DNA of 64,000 nt. It comes from the human T2T-CHM13v2.0 reference genome, Homo sapiens. The notes under the pieces are model-generated. The model made no database searches, was not told the DNA's origin, and saw only the letters and a program-made list of their open reading frames with translations. Shown in pieces: positions 12,183 to 28,094 of the stretch. The translations under genes and the position numbers were made by a program. How positions within the stretch are numbered: the first letter of the stretch is position 1; the number at the start of each line of letters is the position of its first letter. The DNA is taken from NCBI RefSeq assembly GCF_009914755.1, contig NC_060932.1. One strand, given 5' to 3'.

Positions 12183-13309
12183 AAAAAGTCAAGACACAAC
12201 AGATGCTGGCAAGGCTGTGGAAAAAGAGAAATGCTTTTACACTGTTGGTGGGAATGTAAGATATTATGGCAATTCATCAGAGACCTAGAACCAGAAATAC
12301 CATTTGACTGAGCAATCCCATTACTGGGTATATACCCAAATAAATATAAATCATTCTATTATAAAGATACATGCACACAAATGTTCATAGCAGCACTATT
12401 CACAATAGGAAAGACATAGAACCAACCCAAATGCCCATCAATGATAGGCTGGATAAAGAAAATGTGGTACATATACACCATGGAATACTATGCAGCCATA
12501 AAAAGGAACAAGATCATGTCCTTTGCAGGGACATGGATGAAGCTGAAAGCCATTATCCTCAGCAAAACTAACACAGGAACAGAAAACCAACCACCAAATG
12601 TTCTCACTTATAAGTGGGAGCTGAACAATTATGTCATGTGTTTCACATGACACAGGGGAGGGGAACAACACACACTGGGGCCTTTCAGAGTCGGGGGATG
12701 TGGGGGAGAACATCAGGATAAATAGCTAATGCATGCTGGGCTTAATACCTAGGTGATGGGTTGATAGGTGCAGCAAACCACCATGGCACACATTTACCTA
12801 TGTAACAAACCTGCACATCCTACACGTGTATCCCAGAACTTAAAATTAAGTTAAATTAAATTAAAACAAAACAAAACAAAAAACAGAGGTCATGCTGAGA
12901 GTTTACTGTATATCTGGCACAGTGGTAGGCATTGTGAATTAAAAGACATATGAGACTCAGTCTTGCTCCCAAAGATTTCATAGTATAGCAAAACATACTA
13001 AAATATAAATAAGCAAATGGAATGTGATCAATGTTAAAGTACTGTAGTTAGAATACAAGGTTATAAGTTGACATGTATGACTAACTAAGGATGTCTCTCT
13101 CAGGGAAAGGGAGCAGGCCCCTATATTACATATGTTGAGTATAAATCAACACAATTTTTTGGAAAATAGCAATTTGATAATAGAAGGTTTTTTAACATCC
13201 TTTGATTCAGTAATTACACTGTTACTATTTTTTTCATTGGAAAGTGTTAGAGATGTGGACAAAGAATTCTGTTTTAGAAGAATTTCTCATGATTGTATGC
13301 ATACTAATT

Positions 13310-13530
13310 AGCACAGATTCCTGAGCCAAATCTTCTGTGTGAGAATTCTGGCTTTATCACTTAACAGCCATGAGCTTGGATGAGGGACCCAATCTCTACA
13401 GTAAGCTTGTTCATCTGAAAAATGGGTATAATCAAAGCATCATCTCCAAAGGATTGTTACAGATATGTAACTGTCACTGAAGATAAAGGACTCAGCAGAA
13501 TGCTTGGCCCATAGTAAATACTCAATAATT
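13310..13530 (+). mobile_element. MIR SINE
   Basis: GAATTCTGGCTTTATCACTTAACAGCCATGAGCTTGG...CATCTGAAAAATGGGTATAAT core, with a 3' end ATAGTAAATACTCAATAA. Confidence 0.65.
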
Positions 13531-13539
13531 TTTAGCTCA

Positions 13540-13900
13540 TTTATTTGTAGCAGTGAAAAACTGGAAATACCTAAATGTTTCATTATAGGTGATTGGAGAA
13601 ATTGTGAAACGGCTCAAGTAATAGAATATTATGTAGCCATTAAAAAGCCCTTTTTAATGAAGATTAAATGAAGAAAATTGTGATATTAATTGCAAAAAGC
13701 AAAATATAAAACCACATTTTCTGATTCTTCTGGATTATCCTATAAATAAGCAAATAAACAGAGATGAATAACTTGAGGGGGGAAATGAAAAAACTAAATA
13801 CCCTGAGAAGTTATCTCTGAGTGCAGGAATTAGAAATCATTTTTATTTTCTTTTTGTATTTTCCAGAAAGTCTATAATGAACAAATATTACATTTATTTT
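13540..13900 (+). mobile_element. Ancient L1ME-type 3' fragment
   Basis: TTTGTAGCAGTGAAAAACTGGAAATACCTAAATGT...AATAGAATATTATGTAGCCATTAAAAA, followed by an L1ME-like 3' UTR tail. Confidence 0.55.
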
Positions 13901-15189
13901 GAAGAACATAAATTATTTAAAATAGTACATTTTTCAAAATACCAAGTTATTGGCCAGATTCTGGTACTAATTGTTGACAAATTAACATCTCAGTTTTTTG
14001 CAATCATTCCATATATAAGGCTTTATACTTTCTTAGTGCTTTTTCCACCAAATAGTAGCTCACTCACAGAGTGAGACCCGTGATTACATTAGGTTCTCAG
14101 TACTATGGTAGATGTGCAGAAGAGAGGGAAAGTGAAGGTCATGGCCTTTATCTTTGGAGCATCTGGGAGAAAAGCAAGAGGCGTGAGTTATTTATACTGC
14201 AATGTAAGGTAAGTACCACCTGAATGAAGAGAAAAGAGGGCACTATGGACAAGAATAGTTGGGGCAGGCTTTAGGGAAAGGAAGGAATTGAAGTGGGTCC
14301 TGGGGATGGGTAGAGTACATGAGGCAGGAGATGCCAGATGATAAAAATGAAGCAACTGTAACAACTAAGTGATGTATACAAACCACCATCTGCAGGGAAC
14401 CATTAGTGTGTGGCCTAGAAACAGCCAGTTTCATATTGATGATGACAAATAGGTCCCATCTCACTTGTTAATATAAATTTTTATAGGGAAGTGTAGAGAA
14501 AGATCAATATTATTATTGATAATAATTATCTATTATTATTTTGATAATTCTGAGGCAACATTTGAAGAGAAAACAGTGCCATTGTAGAGTAGTCTTATCT
14601 GTCATGGGCAAGTGAAAGGGAAGTTGATTTTTACCATTATAGAGCCTATGTTATAGACTAATGGTTTATATCATAGAGCAGTGGTTTTGAGTGGACCAAG
14701 GTGGATGACAGAAATGTAGAACATATATGGGTCTCTGAAGATTTCTCAGGAGTACCACAAATTAAAAAGGAGGACAGATTGGGGGCAGGAAGAAGCTAAG
14801 GATGGCTTAAGGAATTCTAACATGAGAGATGGCAAGGAAGTTGGTCCGTGTAACAGAGATAGATAGCACAAACCATCAATTGTCATTTTGTAATTTGGAT
14901 ATGAAATCATTTAATTCTTCACATCAATTCCTTGAAAGAAAAAAGATAAACTTGGGGATTGCTGATATTTCTTTTAATTTATTTTAATTCTATTAATCTA
15001 TGACTCTAGGACTCCTAACATGTTTAATGTAAAATTAAATAATTGAAATCTAAATCTTTATCTTCCACAGGCCATAATTCCAAGTGACAGGCTATGACCT
15101 TTCAGGCTTCCCTGGTTTGTGTTTTTTTCTTTTTGGAGTGATTAAAAAAAATACTGAATGTTGAATGCATAAATGTAATTAGCTTTAAC

Positions 15190-15620
15190 AGTGAATACTG
15201 AAAGCAAATGAAATGTGTATCAAAAGAGAAATGACTAAATAAAATAGAGGAATAAGATGTGGTCTATTTGGATTATGGAATATCATACATTAACTGATAG
15301 GAAAGATTTGGATCTGTGTATCAATATGTAAACATCATAAAAATATGTAGAGTAAAAGCAAATTGCAGAAGAGTATGTATAGTATGATCCCATTTACCCA
15401 GTAAAGAAAAACCTACAATACTATATGTGTTCTATGAAAAGTACACACAAACATGGATATTAAAGGGCATGGACACTCAACTCATAAGGGATTATTCATG
15501 ATGACAGGAGTAAAGAACTAAAATTAGTAGTGCAAATTATTGGTAGTGGATATAGTAAAGATACAGTGCTTCATCTGTAATGTAATACTTAAAAAATAAT
15601 AAACATATTATTTAGGTGAT
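15190..15620 (+). mobile_element. Ancient L1ME-type 3' fragment
   Basis: TATGGAATATCATACA and GAGTAAAAGCAAATTGCAGAAGAGTATGTATAGTATGATCCCATTTA resemble old L1M 3' UTR. Confidence 0.5.
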
Positions 15621-17269
15621 TAAAAAATGGAAATAAGGGGAAAATCAAACAGAAAAGCATAACATGCAGAATAGTGGAGTAGCAATCAGGGCTGAAACTC
15701 CAAATGTGACTCTGTCAATAACAACCATTTAGCATGTGAACTCATTTATTCTCTGAGTACCAGTTTCCTACCTCAGCTAAAGCATAAGGACATCAGCCAA
15801 GAGAATCACTAAAGTTCGAAGTTTTCAGACATTGAGATGTTTTTGAATTGTTGATATTTCATAGGATAGTGAGCAAATAACCAATGATATTTAGCACAAA
15901 TGTCAGAACGTCAGTGGGTGAAAAAGCACAGTGACCTAAACTGCCAGGACACTTCAATACTGTTTAGTGATTTAGAAAGGTTAAGCTCCCCAAGTAACAC
16001 ATCTTGTTAGAATTCCAGAATAGAGATGCCTACCTGGGTTTTCCCACTCAGGGCTCCTGAATCTGGTCTCTAACTGCATGATCTAATTCCTCCAAGTATC
16101 TATGTGTGACAACACCCACGTGAGTATTTAACTCAAGATTTCCATGAAGATGACCACAGGATTTGTTGAAAATGAAAAAAAAAATCTACAATTTAATCTC
16201 TACAATTAAACATCAATCTAAAAACAATACACAATAGATTCTGGCAACAATCTCTGGTTTCTCCTCACCAGGAGGATTGATGGTAACTCTTGACTATAAT
16301 GGCTAAGAAAAGAGCCTCTAGGCCAATCTTATCTGGAGCTTTCTTCATATTTTCCATGTTGTTCTCCTATCCCCAAATCTACTCTGGGATATCCACTTTT
16401 GGTGTGAAAGGTTTCCACTAAACCTTAGCCTTACGTGAGAGTTTTGCTTGATTTCAACACTCATTTGCCAATGCACCACTGCAACCCTCAGTCTCTTACT
16501 TGAACATTCTTTCTATACCTAAAACATCCTTGCAGGAATGCTGATTCTGTGATGACCCCATTCCACTCCAGTGTCCATGGGAAGAATTTTAAAGTCACTT
16601 TGCTGGGATAAGTGTTTTTCCTCTCTTGGGGTGCAAATTGAAATAAGTTTTCTCTTTGAACAATGAAATGGTCACCTCCTGTATGTAGCAGGAATTGATA
16701 TTTCCATTCTCCCTCTTTTAGTAATAGGGTCTTCAAACTTGAGTTCAGCATATGACCACCAAACTAGAAATTACATATGGTATCTTCCCTTACAGCTAAA
16801 TATGGCATGTGACTAATTTCAGGCCAATGGAATGCAAATGTGATGTGTGCAACTTTCAAGTTATGGCCCTAAAGGGAAGGTGTGTGCCCTTCACTTCCCA
16901 ATTCTTCATTCCAGTAACTAAAATATGATGACGAATCTTCTTCAGCCATGTGGATGGAAGCAATACCTAGGGATGTCAGAGGAACAAGAGAGAGGTCTGA
17001 ATTACCAACCCTTGGAACAGCCCTGGTCTGCTTCTCTTCAGACTTACGTAAAATAGATTCATGTTCTATCTTGCTTAAGCCAGAGTTATTTTGGGTCTTG
17101 TCAGAGGTATGAAACAATGTACTAATGAATAGAATCTGGTACTTATAGTGGGATAATGGCATAACACAATTGAACATATATGACATTGGCTTAATGGTTA
17201 GGCAGTGAGTGGCAAGGACAAAAAAAATTCAGGCTAAAAATTGAATTGCAAAACATTTGATAAAAACGC

Positions 17270-17801
17270 TTCTTTCATTTCCTATGGCTGCTCTATAAAA
17301 CTACCACAAATTTAATGGTTTAAACCAACAGAAATTTTTTTATCTTACAGTTCTGGAGGTCAGAAACCCTAAATGGCTCTTACAGAACTAAAAATTAAGT
17401 TGTTATCATGGCTATGCTCTGTTCAGCAGGCTCTAGGAGAGACCTATTTCCTTCCTTTTTCCAGCTTCTAGGGATGCCTGCATTTTTTGGATCATGGCCC
17501 CTTCCTCCATCTGCAAAGCCAGCAACAGCAGGTCAAATCCTTCTCACTACAAATCGCTTTGACCTCTTCTTTTGCCTCTTTCATCTACCTTTAAGAACCA
17601 ATGTGGTTTTGAAGAATCCACTTAGACAGTCCAGGATAAAGTCAACTATTTGATCTTAAAGTCAGATGATTATTAACCTTAATTGCATCTGCTATCTTAA
17701 TTCCTCTTTGCCATGTAAGGTATGTAGTCACAGGTTCTGGGGATTAGGGCATGGACATCTTTGGGTAAGGGTGAGGGGTGCTTATTATTCTGCCTATCAC
17801 A
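17270..17801 (-). mobile_element. MLT1C/D-like solo LTR
   Basis: TTTCCTATGGCTGCTCTATAAAACTACCACAAATT...CTTACAGTTCTGGAGGTCAGAA...TATTATTCTGCCTATCACA, the reverse complement of an MLT1 LTR. Confidence 0.8.
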
Positions 17802-18423
17802 ATGTCTCCTGTGATAACTTGGACATCAGAACCCATGCTAACTGAACCCACTTTAGGAATGCGTTGATTTTTTTCAGAATATCAGTGCAGGATATTGTTG
17901 ACTGCTTCTTGTCATTTTTAGCAAAGTCCTGTAAGAACAGGCTGAATCCCAGCTAAAGTCAGCCTATTTAAAAGTAGAGGTAGAAGGTAATTCAGTTCCA
18001 TTTGGGTCATTTTTTTCTTTTTCTTTTTTTTGGGGGGGGGTGGGGTGGGGAAGGGTCTAGATAGTTGGAACCCTACAGGGTTGGAAAGTTAATGGCTTCT
18101 CTATTCTGGTGACTCCGAAGAAGCAGCCTTAGCTGGAGACAAGCCTATAGGCTAGGCTTTGCTCAAGCACTTCCCAGTAAGTTCTCTCTGCCAGACAATG
18201 GGAGGGGGCACAGAGGCACAAACTGGACTTAGGATCTTTTCTTCCCAACCAAATATATTTTTTAATGACCTCAGCTACCTTCAAAAAAAAAAAGTCAGAT
18301 TGAGAATGGGCAGCACATAGAGGACCGAAAATAGATTGAAATCTTCATGCTTAAGAGGTATGTTGGATGAGACCATTGGCTGTTATTACTGTCCTATAGA
18401 ATTGATTAGAAATAAATAGACCC

Positions 18424-22430
<4,007 letters not shown>

Positions 22431-22654
22431 AGAAAGAAACAGACCAGAAATTGACTAGGTTTTTTAGGAAATTATATGCTGAATGAATGGGAAACCTAGC
22501 TGACCAAAGCCTGGTGTTGCTACACACCTAAAACCAACATAACGTGGTTTGGTCACTGGGAAGGATATTCTCTCCTGTGTCCACTTCAGATGTAGTGAAG
22601 GGGGGATGGACAAGAAAAAATTTCCAGAGGAAAAAGCAAAGGGTTGGAGGAGGA

Positions 22655-23050
22655 GGGAGCAAGATGAAAGTAATGCAAGTTGAGTCCCTGGCCTCAGGTA
22701 CAAAATTTAAGGTAGTGCAAAAACAGTCAGTAATCAAAATACTATTTTAATACAATGCTTTATAGAATCAGAATCAGTGCAAAACATCATGGATGAACAA
22801 AATAGCAAAATTTTTAATACTAACACGATCTGTAGCGGTGCCATAGGAAGTCATATCAGATCCTGAGATGAAAAGGAAAATCATCCATACAATCCTATCT
22901 TTATTAAACAGTGTTATTTTGTTCACCACAGATTTATAGATCATTTACATTCATTTTGTTTGTTTAAAATATATCATTAAATTTTTTTTGATTATCAAGT
23001 CTTTTTGTGCCCCCTTAACTTTTATGCCCCCTTAACTATGAGCTGGGTCC
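22655..23050 (+). mobile_element. MER96B-like hAT DNA transposon remnant
   Basis: GCCTCAGGTACAAAATTTAAGG...CAGTAATCAAAATACTATTTTAATACAAT...GATGAACAAAATAGCAAAATTTTTAA, with the inverted subterminal GCCCCCTTAACTTTT at about 23009. Confidence 0.6.
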
Positions 23051-23155
23051 TAGAGCAGACACAGACATGAATTCAGAAAGTTCTGCCCAGAGAATAAAGC
23101 CAGGGATGCCAGATGAGCTAAAGAAGGGATTTACTCCATTGCTAGGGAAAGGAGT

Positions 23156-23554
23156 TGTTATGGGCTGAATTGTACTCCTCACCCTCTGCCAAATTCCTGT
23201 GTGGAAGCCCTAACCCCTAGTATCTCAGAATGGGACTCTATATTTGGAGATAAGGCCTTTAAAGAGGTGGATAGATTAAAATGAGGCCACTAGGGCAGGC
23301 CCTAATCCAAAGTGACTGGTCTCCTTATTAGAAGAGGGAGAGACATTAGGGCTGTGCGCAGAGGAAAAACCACATGAGGACACAGCGAGCAGGTGGCCAT
23401 CTGCAAGCCAAGGAGAGGCCTCAGAGGAAACCACAACTGCTGACACCGGGATTGTAGACTTCCAGCTTCCAGAACTGTGAGAAAATTAATTTATGTTGTT
23501 GAAGCCAGGCAGTTTGTAGTATTTTGCTATGGCAGCTCTAGCAGACCTAGTACA
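23156..23554 (+). mobile_element. MLT1A/MLT1A0-like solo LTR
   Basis: TGTTATGGGCTGAATTGT...GGCAGCTCTAGCAGACCTAGTACA with TG...CA ends. TSD GGAGT (23151-23155) versus GGAGC (23555-23559). Confidence 0.85.
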
Positions 23555-24987
23555 GGAGCCTTTGGTATTCCTGTACATCAGCACTTGATCACTGTTATAA
23601 AGTGAGTACTGCCTCTTCAGACTCTTCTTTCTAACTCGGAGGCTTTTTGACTTTTGTTTGTGTGTTTTAATTGCAACTATACAGCTCCTACTCTGCTGTT
23701 TTACACTGGGGAGAAGTCAAATAACTAGTCTTTTAGGTTACAGTTCCCTGAACTATGAGCAGCCACACCTGGTTCTAGTGAAAGTCTATACATCACCTGC
23801 AGATCTGGGGCTTTGAGCTAGATATAGTACCTGGCATGCGACACTTGGGGAAGGTTGAGTGTGTTCTAGGGGCAAAAAGAAGGATACATAAGATTACTAG
23901 GGTGGCCAAAGGAACTGACTGGGACAGAATTACTATTGTCTCCAATATCTACTTTCTCTTTGTTCATTAGTAACTGAACCCCACAATCTCAGCTGCACAG
24001 ATGGCCATCCAGACAAAAACAAAACAAAACAACAACAAAAACAAAAATCTTAAATGGGACTATATATTATTTTTGAGCCACAGGAAATGACTGGAAGAGA
24101 TATGTGCACCTGCAGATTCATGTCCTAAAAGGGAAGTGGTACATCCTCCCCTCTGTTTCTTCAACAGGCTGTTCCAAATGTCGACATTGTGACGAGCCAT
24201 TTTCAACCACAGATAAAGGCTGCACCCACTGAAACCACAGTTGTTTTTGTCACCCAATTTGCCCCAGCAAGTTTAGATAAGAACACATCACTAGGAAATA
24301 TTCATGACTATGTCCCTAAATCTGCAACAAAATAAGCTAGATACTACCGTTCTCTGGATTTGAGCAATTTTGGAAATTCAAATTTTGTTAAATATAAAGT
24401 GATTAAACAGTTTGGGGAATTAGTTAGCTGTAAGACAGCAAATAATAAGTGCTTCAGAAATCCAAAATCATTCTTTCTTCTCACATAACATTTCAAGTAT
24501 AAGTAGTGGGGTTTTGAGGGTGGCACCATAATATCTAGGATAAAAGCCTCTCCCATTTTGTAACTTTGCCATCCCAGATTTATATTTCTAGCCCTGACCC
24601 ATCTCCTGAGCTTCAGAATCATTTATCCCATTGCCTAATCAACATCTCCACTAGGGTATCTGAAAAAGACCTCAAACTAATTTCTAAAACAGAATTCTTT
24701 CTTTTCTCCTGTAAACCATAGCTCCCCTGTCTTTCCCATGTCAGTAAATGCACTACTATTCATCTAGTTGTTCAAACTCAATGGCTTAGACCAAAATTCT
24801 GGGAATTATTCAAGACAATTTTTTGTCTGCTTGAAAATGTATCCCAAATCCGACCACTTCCCACCACCTTCACTGTTGTCCCTGTTGTCAAGACCATTTT
24901 CCCTGAATTCTAAAATCACAGGAACAACCTAATTGTACTCCCTTTACTTTTAGATGGTACAGTTCATCCCCAACACAGAGGCTACAG

Positions 24988-25779
<792 letters not shown>

Positions 25780-28050
25780 ATGCAATGTAATTTTTAAACA
25801 TGTAAATCAGACCTTATTTCCCCCTCTCTTTTAGATCCTCCATTGCTTTTTCATCCACACCTGGAACAAATCCAAAATCCCAGCAAACAGGCCTTTCACA
25901 AGCTGCCGGCCTCTACTCTCTCATTCTATTCCTCATCACTGTCTCCCCATTCATTAATATGCAGTCTCACCAGTTTTATTGCTGTTTCCCAGAATGCCAA
26001 GTTCATTCCCATCTCAGAGCCCTTGAATATTCTCTTTTTTTTCTGCCAGGAGCTTTTCCCCTAGTTATCTCTACATGGTCCCCACCCTTACTTCATTCAT
26101 TCTCTACCCAAAGGGTCCTTCCTCAGAAAGACCATCCCTGATCATTATCTGTCACTGTCATTCATCATATCTGGTGTCAGGCATTATGGTACCACCATAT
26201 CAATCTTACTGTGAGTTATTGTTATTCATTGATGGCATTATGTATTTATTTGTCCATTTATTCATTGTCTGTCTCTATCACCAGAATGTAAGCTCCATGA
26301 GGATAGGAAATTTGTTTTGTCCTTTTCTCTGCTTCATCTGCAGCACATAATGGGTGTCCACACCAAATGAGTGAATAAAATGGTTGAATGTATGAAAAAG
26401 TAGCCTATATACTCAACAGTTTTACCTGGTCTCAAACATTGAAATAACCCAACCACTCTTCTGCAAGAGATGAACCATTTAGATTCAGAAAAATCTAGGC
26501 AGAATTCCACATTTAAGCCTCACTCAGTCCTATTTGCAATGCAATTGAAAGCCAGAGATTTGTTCCATTTTCTTCTTTGTGTGTCTTGGTTTTCAAATGA
26601 GGTGTTTAATAATTCCAGCCAGGATGCTGAGAATGCAGCAGACTCTGTGTTGAGCCTCCTGTTCCACCTTGGGGATTCTCACACAAAGCAGGACAGCGTT
26701 ATTAATCCACTCTCTACAGATGCTGCGGTCGCACCTTGCAGATTGTCAAAGAGAAGTGACAGATGTGCAGTGCCTAGCAGCCTTGAAAGTCAACTTATGG
26801 GGTTCTGGAATTACGGCTTTCAGAAAAGTCATTATTGATCAAGTAAAGTTTCCAACTCAGAGAAAGTGAGGGCTTGAGGAAAACAACATTGTTTCAGAAC
26901 ACAGCTGGCTTGATCTGGATTGTTCTTAACATTCTGAACCTAAGCATCTCAATTGAAAAAAGTGTATATGGAGAATCTGCCATGAACCAGAACTTATGCC
27001 AGAGACCACAGCATTCAAAACAGAAGGAAACACTGTCTTTGTTCTCTGGACTTTCATACTCATGGTAGTGAAATTGTGATTCACACTAAAAAGTCCACAG
27101 ATGTGTCAATAATGTGTCTCTTTAAAACTTAGAAAAATGGCCATCTTCCAATCACCACTTAAAATATTACAGGTGGACTTTGATATTTGCTATAGAAAAC
27201 AAACAAAAGCCACTATCAAAATTACTATTTTTTTGTACCATGATTATAGAGTAGGTTTGTGGAATAGGATTAAATTCCCTGATCATGTAAGCAACAAAGA
27301 AAATAATTGCAAAAGTTGTTGTCATCTGTACCTAGATTTTAAAAAAGCTTTCCATTCATACTAGTTTGAGATTCTGTATCCTGGTCACTGAGTCTTGACT
27401 GAATGTATCTAAAACTTACCTCCTTTTCCATTTTGACTTCCTCTCCTGGGATTTATCTGCCTCTTCAATTCTTAATGCCTGCCTCAAGTCTTGGCTACTT
27501 TGGGGTTTCTGGTCACTTATAAATGACCACTATTTGAAACCTTGAACACAAGGTTTCTAAACCACTCAGCTGGCACACCAGTGCATAACTCCTGCCTGGC
27601 TTTCTGCCCACATCCTGCAAAGAGAACCCTCTTCTGTTGCTCTCTGAATCGCAGAATGACAGCCATAGAGATGGTGAAGTGAAACTGGGCACTCTTAGAG
27701 ATCAGGCTAGCTTCAGATTCCTTCTGCTAGACACACTGACATTTTCTGAATAACTAAAATTTGAGCTTTGAAGATAGGAAGAATTTTGTTTGAATCTCTT
27801 CAAAAGAAATAATGTGCTACTACACATGGTAGGGACTTGTCTTATTAAAGAAAATGTAATTAAGATACTTTATAAGATAAATAAATTAAATGACAAAAGC
27901 AACTGATTCGCTTTTCACCCTGGAAACCTATTTCTCAGTATTCTACACAGGTCTCAAATCAAGAAAAATATATTTGATATCAGTGTTTCCACAGGATAGA
28001 TGAAAAACATAGATAATAGATAGATGATGTTGTTGTTGATGAAGATAGAT

Positions 28051-28094
<44 letters not shown>
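28051..28094 (+). repeat. (TAGA)11 tetranucleotide microsatellite
   Basis: 44-bp perfect run with degenerate GATA units upstream. Confidence 0.97.

Larger units (their letters stand above)
4880..12625 (+). pseudogene. L1 ORF2p remnant (endonuclease/RT/C-terminal), disrupted by stops, frameshifts and two insertions
   Basis: MTGSNSHITILTLNVNGLN, CIQET, IYAPN and IVGDFNTPL (APE endonuclease); [12 protein letters not shown]; C-terminal [14 protein letters not shown] and KKMWYIYTMEYYAAIK. Confidence 0.9.
2468..12883 (+). mobile_element. Full-length, inactive older primate LINE-1 (about L1PA8-L1PA10), interrupted by THE1 (7377-9403) and SVA (10279-12182)
   Basis: 5' end GGGGCCAAGATGGTTGACTAGAAACAGC. 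ORF1 and ORF2 fragments appear in the ORF track. 3' UTR CATCAGGATAAATAGCTAATGCATGCTGGGCTTAATACCTAGG, then an A-rich tail at about 12842-12883. Many stops and frameshifts. No clear TSD. Confidence 0.95.

Noticed and set aside
2449-12895. Possible TSD of the first L1 (AAAAAAAAGGAGG versus AAAAACAGAGG)
   Set aside because: Too short, A-rich and mismatched to call.
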